Positions 51,856 through 60,889 of a stretch of DNA of 64,000 nucleotides are shown here, one piece after another. The notes below the pieces were generated by a model. The model ran no database searches, was not told where the DNA came from, and saw only the letters and a list, made by a program, of their open reading frames with translations. Source of the DNA: Chloroflexota bacterium (lineage in GTDB: Bacteria > Chloroflexota > UBA11872 > VXOZ01). Position 1 is the first letter of the stretch, and every line of letters starts with the position of its first letter. The stretch is taken from NCBI GenBank assembly GCA_964291655.2, contig OZ219801.1, positions 128,001-192,000 of the forward strand, read 5' to 3'. The position numbers were made by a program, and so were the translations under genes.

Positions 51856-53913
51856 ATGGCGTCTCGCGAACCCGAACAGCTAGCAAACCGAGAGTTTGAA
51901 ATCGACGACGGCAGTGGGCTGCGGGTGGCGCACGTTCGCTTTGAGTCGGAGGCAAAGTTCGACTGGTCGCTGTTCGACGGCTACGACCGCATCCGTATTC
52001 TCACCTACTCAGCAGGTGTGAGCGCGATTATTCGGCTGCTGGAGAAGCATAGCTTCAGCGAATTCGAGTGCGTATTCGGCTGCGAGAGCACGCTGCGCAC
52101 GCTCAAGGACATCATGGCTTTCCAGCAGGTCGCCATCGGCGACACGCGGGCCGCCATCAAGAACCTGTCCGATGAACGCCATGCCTTCATCCTGAGCCGT
52201 GTCAGGGAAGGACAAGCCCGCTTTCGCGTGCTGCGCAAGCAGATCGCCCACGCCAAACTCTACCTGCTGGAGAATACCGAGACCGGCAGCACCCGCACCC
52301 TTGTCGGCTCCGCGAACCTATCGGAGACGGCCTTTGGCGGTCGGCAATCCGAGACTCTGGTCTGCTTCGATGATGATCGCGCCGCGTGGGATCACTACCT
52401 CGACATGTATGAAGCCATCCGGGACCGGGCATCCGACGAGCTGCCGCTGCCGTCTGAGCGCATCGAAAGTACTGAAATTGCGCTGAAGGAAGTGCCCGTC
52501 CTTGATCCTGAAAACATCTCCACTCTGGTAATTGACACGCCGGAGAGCGAGCAGGGCGCAGCCGATGGGGCCCACATTGCCATTCCCACGCAAATTGAGC
52601 GCATTGAAAAGATGAAAGCAGCGATTCCACCGGTGGTGGCCAACCTCATCCCTTCGCCCCGCAGTGGCAAGCAGCAGATCACACCCGACATCCGGCGCAA
52701 GATCGTACGAGAGTCCAGCCGCATCCGCGTCGTGCAGTCCGAGGAAGAGACCGACCACCGCGAGCTATCCATCGACAGAGACACAAAGACCGTTACACTC
52801 CTTGGCGAACCGTATTCACTGGAAGCCGACCTTGCCGCCGCAAAGTCAGATGCGAGACTGCTGGTGGAATTCTTTGGCAACTATGAGGGCACGTTTGAGG
52901 GCGGCATGGGGGTGGAACGGCTGCAGCGGGACTACTTCATCCTCTGGTCGTGGCTCTACTTCGCACCATTCATGTGCGACATGCGCACGCTGGCCGGCCA
53001 CCAGGGTGACATCTTCCGGTTCCCCTCGTTCGCCATCGTCTACGGCAAGCCATCGTGCGGTAAGTCCAGCCTCATCGAGACACTCATGTCATCCATGTTC
53101 GGCAAGTCGTACAGCATCGATAAGCGGGAGTTTACCCGGGCTCGACTAAGAGACATCCAGCACGCCTACAAGCGGTTCCCCGCCGTGTTCGACGATATTG
53201 GCAGGTCGGCCATTCGGAGCCACGGCGAGGACGTCATCAAGGACGAGAATCCGCCGCCGGTCACTGAATACCCCTGCTTCGTGCTCTCGATGAATCAGGA
53301 GCTCAAGGCGTTTACCGACCAGATCGTCAAACGCAGCCTGATGATCTACACCACCACCGCGCTGCCCTCATACAAGGAAGAATTGCGCCACGAGCTGCAC
53401 CTGAAGATACAGGAAGTGCGCCGCAGCCTCTCCACGCACCTCTACCGCGAGTATCTGCAGCGAACGCTCGCTCGCTTTGACGAGACCCCCCAGCCCGAGG
53501 ACTGGCTCGCGTTCTCATCTACCATCCTCGCGGGATTGATCGGCGACCTGCTGGACGACGGTCCGCCTGCATGGTGCACGCCCGTCACGTGGGACGAATA
53601 CGCGGACAAACGCCACGAGCGGGTCAAGTCACAGCTCGAGCACCTGCTGCGGCGCGCCACCCGCATGAACAAAGAGGGCGACCACCCCACCGGCTGGATA
53701 TTGGAAGCTGACAAGGTTATTGTCATCGAACAGAAAGACACCTTCGGACGGCGCGAGTTCGACTGGGAAAACGTCCCCTCCACCCTCATCGACGACAACG
53801 CCAGCGTCGGCGGCCGCACGGTGTTAAATCGCAAAGAGCTGGAGGAGTTCCTAGACAGGAAGCTTACCGGGGGAGGAATTCGATTCCTGGATAAGCTGTT
53901 TGGTCGGAGTTGA
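51856..53913 (+). CDS. PLD-family nuclease (NgoFVII-like) fused to a P-loop ATPase
   Basis: HAKLYLLE...GSANLS; Walker A GKPSCGKS, Walker B-like AVFDD; GGAGG RBS. Confidence 0.82.
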   Translation: MASREPEQLANREFEIDDGSGLRVAHVRFESEAKFDWSLFDGYDRIRILTYSAGVSAIIRLLEKHSFSEFECVFGCESTLRTLKDIMAFQQVAIGDTRAAIKNLSDERHAFILSRVREGQARFRVLRKQIAHAKLYLLENTETGSTRTLVGSANLSETAFGGRQSETLVCFDDDRAAWDHYLDMYEAIRDRASDELPLPSERIESTEIALKEVPVLDPENISTLVIDTPESEQGAADGAHIAIPTQIERIEKMKAAIPPVVANLIPSPRSGKQQITPDIRRKIVRESSRIRVVQSEEETDHRELSIDRDTKTVTLLGEPYSLEADLAAAKSDARLLVEFFGNYEGTFEGGMGVERLQRDYFILWSWLYFAPFMCDMRTLAGHQGDIFRFPSFAIVYGKPSCGKSSLIETLMSSMFGKSYSIDKREFTRARLRDIQHAYKRFPAVFDDIGRSAIRSHGEDVIKDENPPPVTEYPCFVLSMNQELKAFTDQIVKRSLMIYTTTALPSYKEELRHELHLKIQEVRRSLSTHLYREYLQRTLARFDETPQPEDWLAFSSTILAGLIGDLLDDGPPAWCTPVTWDEYADKRHERVKSQLEHLLRRATRMNKEGDHPTGWILEADKVIVIEQKDTFGRREFDWENVPSTLIDDNASVGGRTVLNRKELEEFLDRKLTGGGIRFLDKLFGRS

Positions 53914-54598
53914 AGATGAATCAGACTGAGCCCAATTCATTGCGCCCTGGAGATGCGACGCATCTGGCTCATGCTCCCTTGAAAACAACCAGCCTGCCGG
54001 CCGAGTGGGGCGCCGCGAGGAACTGCATAGCCCTAATTCAGATTGTTTGGTGGGCCAAGGCGTACCGATTTGCGAACTCTTCGCTGGGAAGTCCGATTGT
54101 AGCATCGTGGGCGACTATTCACCACATTTTTCCATGCGATGAGTCACTCAGCCACCGACTCGTCGATGTGCCATACGGAGCCGAGCACCATTCCACCGTG
54201 CTCGACTGAAGACTACGGAACGCCCGTCTGTTGGCAACCCGCGCATCGGAATGCCGACACACCATGAGCGCAATCCGTTTCGTCCGCTTACGGAGCTTGC
54301 TCTTTGACCTGAACCTTCCTCACTGCTACCTTAGACTTGGATGTTTGCCGGTGGGTCACTGTGGACCGAAGGGTCGGAAACGCGCCTAGAGCAAACCGAG
54401 AAATTGTCCCTCACCCTGTTCATGACTCTCAGCTACGACTCCGCATTCGCTGTATAGCGCACTACTTCCCCATGGATGAGGCATATTGCTATGAACTGCG
54501 ACACAGAGTTTGGACGGGAAACTTCCGTCAGGCCAGTAATTCATTGGTGCAATAGGGCCATCTTGTATAGGCAATTTACCTTGAGGAGACGATATTAG

Positions 54599-55588
54599 AT
54601 GGAGAACGCCATTCACACCGCAGAGGGCTACACGGATCGAATACGACAAGAGCTCGGAAACTGCCTCATTGAGACGAATCTTCCTCAAGGTGAGAAGTTC
54701 ATAGGCAAAGTACGGGATCGCTACGATCTTGGGGAACGTTTGGTACTCATCACTACCGACCGACAGAGTGCCTTCGACCGGGTGCTGGCCGCTGTCCCCT
54801 TCAAAGGGCAGGCCCTCAACATGACGAGCGCATGGTGGTTCGAACAGACCCGCCATATTGTGCCAAATCAGGTTCTATCAATCCCCGATCCAAACGTCAC
54901 AATTGCCAAGAAATGTACTGTCTTCCCGATTGAGTTCGTGGTGCGTGGATACATCACCGGAACCACGAGCACCTCCCTCTGGACGGTCTACCAGAGTGGT
55001 CAGCGTCACTACTGTGGCATCGACTTGCCCGACGGCCTCATGAAAAACCAGAAGCTCCCGACGGATTACCTCACACCGACCATCAAGGCGGAGGACCACG
55101 ACCGTCCGATCAGCCCTGACAAGATCGAGTCCGAGAACTGGATGACGGTCGATGATTGGGAACAATGTAGCCGCATCGCGCAGCAACTTTTCGCTTTCGG
55201 TCAAGCCAGGGCAGCCGAACATGGCTTGGTTCTCGTCGATACCAAATATGAGATGGGCCGTGACGAGAACGGTGAGATCCTTCTGATCGATGAGATCCAT
55301 ACCCCTGACTCCAGTCGCTACTGGATCGCCGACACTTATCAACAGCGCATGCGGGAGGGACAGGAACCCGACAACGTCGACAAAGAATTCCTCCGGCTCT
55401 GGTTCACGGAGAACTGCAACCCCTACGAAGATGACGTCCTGCCACCGGCGCCGGATGACCTTGTAATCGAACTCTCAAGACGCTACATCTACCTTTACGA
55501 GTCGATCACCGGTCGCTCTTTCGAGTTTCCGGAGGTGGACCAACCGATCGAGACACGTTTGGAAAACAACCTTGAAGGAATCGCTTGA
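54599..55588 (+). CDS. purC: SAICAR synthetase
   Basis: GKVRDRY, TDRQSAFD, PIEFVVRGYITG, LVDTKYE, DEIHTPDSSRYW, DKEFLR. Confidence 0.95.
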   Translation: MENAIHTAEGYTDRIRQELGNCLIETNLPQGEKFIGKVRDRYDLGERLVLITTDRQSAFDRVLAAVPFKGQALNMTSAWWFEQTRHIVPNQVLSIPDPNVTIAKKCTVFPIEFVVRGYITGTTSTSLWTVYQSGQRHYCGIDLPDGLMKNQKLPTDYLTPTIKAEDHDRPISPDKIESENWMTVDDWEQCSRIAQQLFAFGQARAAEHGLVLVDTKYEMGRDENGEILLIDEIHTPDSSRYWIADTYQQRMREGQEPDNVDKEFLRLWFTENCNPYEDDVLPPAPDDLVIELSRRYIYLYESITGRSFEFPEVDQPIETRLENNLEGIA

Positions 55589-55740
55589 AGATATGCGGAG
55601 GACAATAGGGCCGATGTGATTCTCCTTCCACTTCAATTGACGGAAAGCCCTATCCAACAAGCAAGAAGTGTAGGCTGATCAGGCGCTCAACTTAACCGAG
55701 CCGGCATTTTTTCTTAGAAGGTGTCCAATAGGTCGCCTGA

Positions 55741-55801
55741 TCCGTTCGTGGTGAGCTTGTCGAACCAAGAACGACCCTTCGACAGGCTCAGGGTGAACGG
55801 A
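55741..55801. repeat. Palindromic repeat (CCGTTCGTGGTGAGC..GTCGAACC / CCCTTCGACAGGCTCAGGGTGAACGG)
   Basis: Long imperfect inverted repeat tccgttc..gagcttgtcgaa / ttcgacaggctc..gaacgga. Confidence 0.7.
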
Positions 55802-55921
55802 GTTCTTACACACCATTGGAGTTTCAGCGTCGCAATCACCGTTATCTCTTCTCTGACGGTTCGTCGCCGGGGCTCGTCAAGTTGGCTTGATAGTTAAGCC
55901 GAAATTGAATCGAGCGAAAAA

Positions 55922-56581
55922 GTGAAGAGATTTATCCTCTTTGACCATGATGGCGTTCTGGTGGATACCGAATTCTGGTATTACAAGGCCGGAGAGCGCG
56001 CCCTGGCTGACATTGGATTTATTTTGGATAGAGATCAATACGTCCGAGACATGACCCAGGGATTGGCCACCTGGGGCCAAGCTAGAGCGGCAGGAATTGA
56101 TGAACAGACCATCAGCAGGCAGCGTGAGGTCCGTAATGCCTATTATCAGGAATATCTTAGAACAGAAGACATCGAAATCGAGGGTGTCTTGGAAACGCTG
56201 GACGTACTCGCAGGTGAATACAGGATGGCCGTAATTACTACCTCCAAACCACCTGACTTCGCCTTAATACACGATAGGCGATCCATTCTGGATCATATGG
56301 AATTCTATTTTACTCGGGAGGATTACGAGCGAGCTAAACCACATCCCGAACCCTATCTGAGAGGGCTCCAACGCTTTGGTGCTACTGCCGCTGAAACGGT
56401 TGTTGTTGAAGACTCAGCGAGAGGGATGAACTCGGCAATTGCGGCGGGTATTGACTGCATCGTGGTCGCGAACGAGTTCACTGCAGCTCACGATTTATCC
56501 AAAGCGACTGCCAAGGTTGCTACGTTTAGGGAACTGCCATCTGCAATAAGGGGCTTGGACAACTTACCCGCGCGACGCTGA
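55922..56581 (+). CDS. HAD-IA family hydrolase
   Basis: ILFDHDGVLVDTE, KPHPEPY, VVEDSARG. Confidence 0.92.
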   Translation: MKRFILFDHDGVLVDTEFWYYKAGERALADIGFILDRDQYVRDMTQGLATWGQARAAGIDEQTISRQREVRNAYYQEYLRTEDIEIEGVLETLDVLAGEYRMAVITTSKPPDFALIHDRRSILDHMEFYFTREDYERAKPHPEPYLRGLQRFGATAAETVVVEDSARGMNSAIAAGIDCIVVANEFTAAHDLSKATAKVATFRELPSAIRGLDNLPARR

Positions 56582-56627
56582 AGAGCGCGCGCCTGCCAAA
56601 AGCGTTTGGCCTTAGAAATCGAGAGTC

Positions 56628-56985
56628 ATGAATCAGCAAACGCAGAAGCAACCCGCCGAATCGCCGGCCGAAAGCTATGAATATCAGATGGTACCGGCCA
56701 TATTTGCCCCTTGGGTGCCGGCCTAACTGGGCATTGCAGCGCCACAGATTGGCGGAATTTTCCTGGATGTCGCGTGTGGTACTGGCGTTTTCACGCGAAG
56801 TTGCCGAGGCTTTGGACCTCATCGTGGAGTTCCGTGAGCGTAAGGAGAAGCTGGAGATTGCCGCAGAAGAAGCGAGGAGCTTGCCCAGGAAGCGGTGGCA
56901 ACTCCTGGATAGCGCCGATGTCAGCGCCACTTTCGCCGGGGACATGGACGAGTATTGCAAGGACGACGACTACGGAAGTCCCTAA
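56628..56985 (+). pseudogene. Class I SAM-dependent methyltransferase pseudogene
   Basis: AESYEYQMVPAIFAPWVPA*LGIAAPQIGGIFLDVACGTGVFTR; premature TAA at 56724, then frameshift/deletion. Confidence 0.75.
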
Positions 56986-57037
56986 CGCCTAAAGATAAGG
57001 TGCCCTGGACAGATGGTTGAGGGGCAGATCACCTGGG

Positions 57038-57796
57038 CTAACCTACTAGGGTACCGCTCGCGCGGGTTGGGTACCGAGCGTTCGGACCTTCAAGGATGGC
57101 GCGTTGGGAATCGGTCAGGTCTGCATAGTCATCGGGGTCCAGGTAGCTGGCCGACCATGAGAGCGGGTGCGGGCTGTACTTGAAGAAGATGGTGCGGCGC
57201 TCGTCGGCGCCATTCCAGGGAAGGGTGCCGTGGGTAAGGGCCTCGGTGAAGATGATGGCGGTGCCGGCGGGTCCGGTTACCCGCTCCACGAATGGGCCCG
57301 GTTCGTCCATCGCTTTCCACTCTTCGGGGAACTTGATGTTGCTCTTGTGCGAGCCTGGCACGCAGCCAAAGCCGCCGTCCATGGGTCCGACATCCTTCAG
57401 ATTGTAGGCAACCACGGACAGGCCGTTATACATCATCCCGTCATGGAAGCGGTAGTAGAACGTGGGGTTGTAGGGGGCGCCGCCGCCGTGGAGGTTAGTC
57501 CCGATCGGGCCCTTGCCTGACCTGATGACGTCGAGATAGACGTGGTCGAGCCTGAACTGATCGCCAAGCAGTGTTTCCAGGTAGGGTGTGATTGCCGGAT
57601 TGTCGATTAGGTCACGGTATTCCTTGGACCAGTCAAGCAGATGCTCAAACCTGTGGGTGCGCATGTCCGTTGTGAACTCAGCGGCCATGTGCTCGTCGAG
57701 CACGCTGTTGAGCTGGGCGATCTTCTCAGGTGACAATGCTCCCTGCACAACAAGGTAGCCTTGAAGGTCGAACATGTAGCGCTCGTGGTCGTTCAT
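57038..57796 (-). CDS. Phytanoyl-CoA dioxygenase (PhyH) family protein
   Basis: FDLQGYLVV, LHGGG, GGFGCVPGSHK, FTEALTHGTLPW..ERR. Confidence 0.9.
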   Translation of the reverse strand: MNDHERYMFDLQGYLVVQGALSPEKIAQLNSVLDEHMAAEFTTDMRTHRFEHLLDWSKEYRDLIDNPAITPYLETLLGDQFRLDHVYLDVIRSGKGPIGTNLHGGGAPYNPTFYYRFHDGMMYNGLSVVAYNLKDVGPMDGGFGCVPGSHKSNIKFPEEWKAMDEPGPFVERVTGPAGTAIIFTEALTHGTLPWNGADERRTIFFKYSPHPLSWSASYLDPDDYADLTDSQRAILEGPNARYPTRASGTLVG

Positions 57797-58210
57797 GAGT
57801 TGTCTCCCTGTTACATGTTATCTGGAATCAATGGCAAGAGCCTTTATGCCATGTTCCTTCCAGGCCCTGTTTCTAGCCTACGTCGACCGCCTCGATGGTC
57901 CACCAAGAGTCAGCAACTCAACACCTACCTTGCCACTCTGGAGGACCAATCGCAATAACCTGGTTTCGATCTCTGTAACTGGAGTCTTGCCAAGGCAGCA
58001 GACATGCGCTTGCGTGGCGTCCAAGATTTGCTTTCGAGCGGGCGCCCCTCTAACTTCCCTTACACGGTTCCGTTCTTACCCTCCGTATTGTCACATCCCT
58101 GGGTAACTATCTCAAAATGGTCAGCCGCCACTGTCGGCGGAACCACCGGTCAAGTCTGGTCAAGTGCAACCGTGGAATAGTTCGAGTCCCTTCAGGTCTT
58201 AGCTATGAAC

Positions 58211-58287
58211 TGGTGGGCAAGAGAGGACTTGAACCTCCGACCTCCACGATGTCAACGTGGCGCTCTAACCGGCTGAGCTACTTGCCC
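58211..58287 (-). tRNA. tRNA-Val(GAC)
   Basis: GGGCAAGTAGCTCAGCCGGTTAGAGCGCCACGTTGACATCGTGGAGGTCGGAGGTTCAAGTCCTCTCTTGCCCACCA; CCA encoded. Confidence 0.96.
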
Positions 58288-58301
58288 TGCTTCTATAGCG
58301 G

Positions 58302-58330
58302 AGTATAGCATGCGCCTACCGCCCGGACAA
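58302..58330 (-). promoter_or_regulatory. Sigma70-type promoter for tRNA-Val
   Basis: TTGTCC -17 bp- TATACT with extended -10 TGn. Confidence 0.6.
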
Positions 58331-58377
58331 TCGGCGACGGCGGGGCGGCAGGCTTGCTGTCTGTAATTGTCAATTGC

Positions 58378-59094
58378 CTAGCGCAACGTTACCAGCACCT
58401 CGTTGCGGCGGAACCAGGGAATGGTGAACGGAGGATCATACGTCGCAATTCTCCAATCGCCTTGGTGCTCCAGACCTTGTGCGTGCAGCCAGTATTCCAG
58501 CTTTGCCCGCTGGGTCTCGGCACTTTGGTTCGACAGCCTCCCGTTGAAGCGAATGCTGGCGACCTCGCGCGCTTCAATTTCGCGAATTGTCACGCTACTG
58601 TTGGTGGGGAGGGGAGCCGTCTCGACCGTGTAGCCCGCGGGGAGCACAAACGCCATCGTCCAGGCTTCGATATCTGCTCCAGCCAGCCTCTGTCCGTCCG
58701 CGCTTTCACCGGTGGCTCTCGGCTCCACTAAGACCGGCACCGTCATGGCGAGCTTTTCCGACTTTGCCTGACCGGAAGGTTCCACCAATACCGGCGTGGT
58801 CATGTCAATGTTCTCGCGGCTGCGATTATTGCCCGATATGTACCTGAACAGCGGACTGAAGGAACTATTCGTCGCCCGGTTGAACGACCCGGTAGCAGAA
58901 ATCTCAGCAACCACGTACGGCTCGTACCTGCGAATCTCGATGTTGCCGTCTTTCAATACGACTTCGTGCGCGGGCTCTTCGTACGCGCTGCCAAACAACG
59001 AGCCGAAGACGAAAGACCTGAGGTAGAAGACTCCCGACCCAAGTAAGAGAACGAATACGAGTGCCACTGCCAGTCTCCTGTATCTTGACATCAT
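58378..59094 (-). CDS. SOUL family heme-binding protein
   Basis: YEEPAHEV, IEIRRYEP, LFRYISGNN, MTTPV, MAFVLP, YDPPFTIPWFRRNEV. Confidence 0.93.
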   Translation of the reverse strand: MMSRYRRLAVALVFVLLLGSGVFYLRSFVFGSLFGSAYEEPAHEVVLKDGNIEIRRYEPYVVAEISATGSFNRATNSSFSPLFRYISGNNRSRENIDMTTPVLVEPSGQAKSEKLAMTVPVLVEPRATGESADGQRLAGADIEAWTMAFVLPAGYTVETAPLPTNSSVTIREIEAREVASIRFNGRLSNQSAETQRAKLEYWLHAQGLEHQGDWRIATYDPPFTIPWFRRNEVLVTLR

Positions 59095-59838
59095 CCGCTC
59101 CTTCTCCAGTCACTTAGTCGCCTCGTTACGTAAATTATATCTACGCAACCTAAGTAGAAGCTAAGTTATCTGCCGGCCACAGTCCTCCCGCGGAGACATT
59201 TACGGGCAATTGAGCAACTCTACCGCCCGAGAGCGCGACTGGAACGGGTGATTTGGTTGACAGCTTGCAGAGACCCGGAATTTCCTTCGTAATCGGCTTC
59301 GCAAAATGTGCATATTCACAAAGCTGGCAATGGTACAAGAGGACCGTCACACAACGTTAGGAGTGTCCACGAATGTTGCGTGAGAGTTCAATCCAAGCTC
59401 CGGCCTGCCTACTTTCAATGAAGCGTTCTAACCCAGAGAGCAACTTGCCCTTCCTCCACGGCGGGGTATAGCATGGTGCTAACGCTTGGGCTTCATGCGC
59501 AGCGGATGCGGCTGCACCGGCAAGAACTCGGCGGGAATGCGGTGAAGTGCTCCAAATTTCAGCCCAATGCAACGCAGGAGAGCAGTTCTCGCGGAGGAAA
59601 ACCCTAAGAGTCAGAGTAGGGAACTGAATCGCCTCATTTAGGGCATTCAGCCCACCGTGACGGGTCAAAACTCTCCACTCTCGCGAGGAGACGGCCAGGG
59701 TGAGAGCGAGTCCTAATCCGACTCAATTCCGCTTGCCTGGCCGATGTATCCAAGATTGTTCAGACTGGTACAAGTCAGTTCCTTACCGCCTTGTGAGAGT
59801 GGCGGCAAACACGATCGAGAGGCAAAGGAGTAATCAAG

Positions 59839-60702
59839 GTGAGCGTAACATTACAGCGACCCGAAGTGGGTATGGAAGCTCCGGACTTCAGTCTGCCGGA
59901 CGTGTACGGCAAACGCTGGTCGTGGAGCCAGTTTCGGGGCAAGAGAGTCCTGTTGTACATGTGGGCCTCGTGGTGAGGCTGCCGCGATCAGTTGCCAGGT
60001 TGGCAACGATTTGCGGAAAAGCACCAGGGCGACAACTTCCAGATGCTCTCTGTAGCCATGGACGGCGGCGGCGTGGAAAAGCCACGCGCGTTCGTGGAAG
60101 AGTCCGGTGTCACGTTTCCCACCTTTGTGGACGCCAGCGGCCTCTTGTTCCGCCTCTTCGGCTTCACGGCGGTGCCGAACGGTGTTTACGTGGATGAAAC
60201 GGGCATCATTCGCTTTCAACTCTTCACGGGCTTTAGCGTTGACCGCAAGGACATTGTGGCGCAGCTTGAGACGCTGCTGGCAACGCCTGCCGGCGACGTA
60301 CCCGCCACGCCGACGGTCGCGCAGCAGTCGTTTGAAGTCGAAGTCATGTTGGAGCAAGCGGCATCCCAAGGCGACGATCCGCACATGCAGCTCGGCCTCG
60401 CGGAGGCCCTGCTGCAAGAGGGCGAGAACGAGCACGCGGCAGAGGCATTTCGGCGGGCGTTTGAGCTAGACGGTGATTCTGCCAATGCCGCCTTTGGTCT
60501 GGGCACCGCGCTGCAACAACTTGGGCAGACTTCCGAGGCGCTCGCCTCATGGCGGCAGGCCTTGCAGATCGAGCCGGATAATTTCATCATTCGCAAGCAG
60601 ATCTGGCGCGTCGAATATCCGGAGAAATTCTACCCTGTCATCGACTATGACTGGCAGAAGGTCAAACTTGCCCAAGAGAAGGCTGCGGAAGGCAGAGCGT
60701 GA
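59839..60702 (+). CDS. Putative selenoprotein: ResA/TlpA-like redoxin with WASWUGC motif plus TPR
   Basis: AAGGAG RBS, GTG 59839, APDFSLPD..FRGKRVLLYMWASW-TGA(59974-59976)-GCRDQLPGW continuing in frame; C-terminal TPR helices. Confidence 0.88.
59981..60016 (+). promoter_or_regulatory. Bacterial SECIS-like hairpin
   Basis: ccgcgatc-a-gttgcca-GGT-tggcaac-gatttgcgg; G-containing apical loop 21 nt after the UGA. Confidence 0.7.
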
Positions 60703-60735
60703 TTTTCCGAGGCAGGCCTATCGCCCATAGGTTGC

Positions 60736-60800
60736 CACTCCCACGAATGCGGGAGCCACGGGGGTATGAGAAGATGGATTCCCGCGTGCGCGGAAATAAG
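60736..60800. repeat. Degenerate palindromic repeat (GGATTCCCGC..GCGGAA type)
   Basis: ctcccacgaatgcgggag and tggattcccgcgtgcgcggaa. Confidence 0.5.
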
Positions 60801-60889
60801 GGACTGCGAAGAGTCTCAGTTTCGGGAATTGCAGTCTTGGCGAGGAATCGCTTCGGCAGGATGCTCAGCAGGCAGTGAGGCTATGATGC

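Noticed and set aside
53910-54209. 99-aa ORF overlapping the PLD-ATPase stop as a partner gene
   Set aside because: No motifs and a weak start; coding status cannot be supported
54337-54598. ZTP or purine riboswitch upstream of purC
   Set aside because: No recognisable consensus by eye; an Rfam scan would settle it
58178-58192. GTTCGAGTCCC T-loop-like motif next to tRNA-Val
   Set aside because: No surrounding cloverleaf and it does not match the tRNA-Val 3' end as an att repeat
59525-59600. GGGAATGCGGTGAA resembling a cobalamin riboswitch core
   Set aside because: The downstream TCC/CTG-CCC and B12-box elements are missing and no B12-related gene follows
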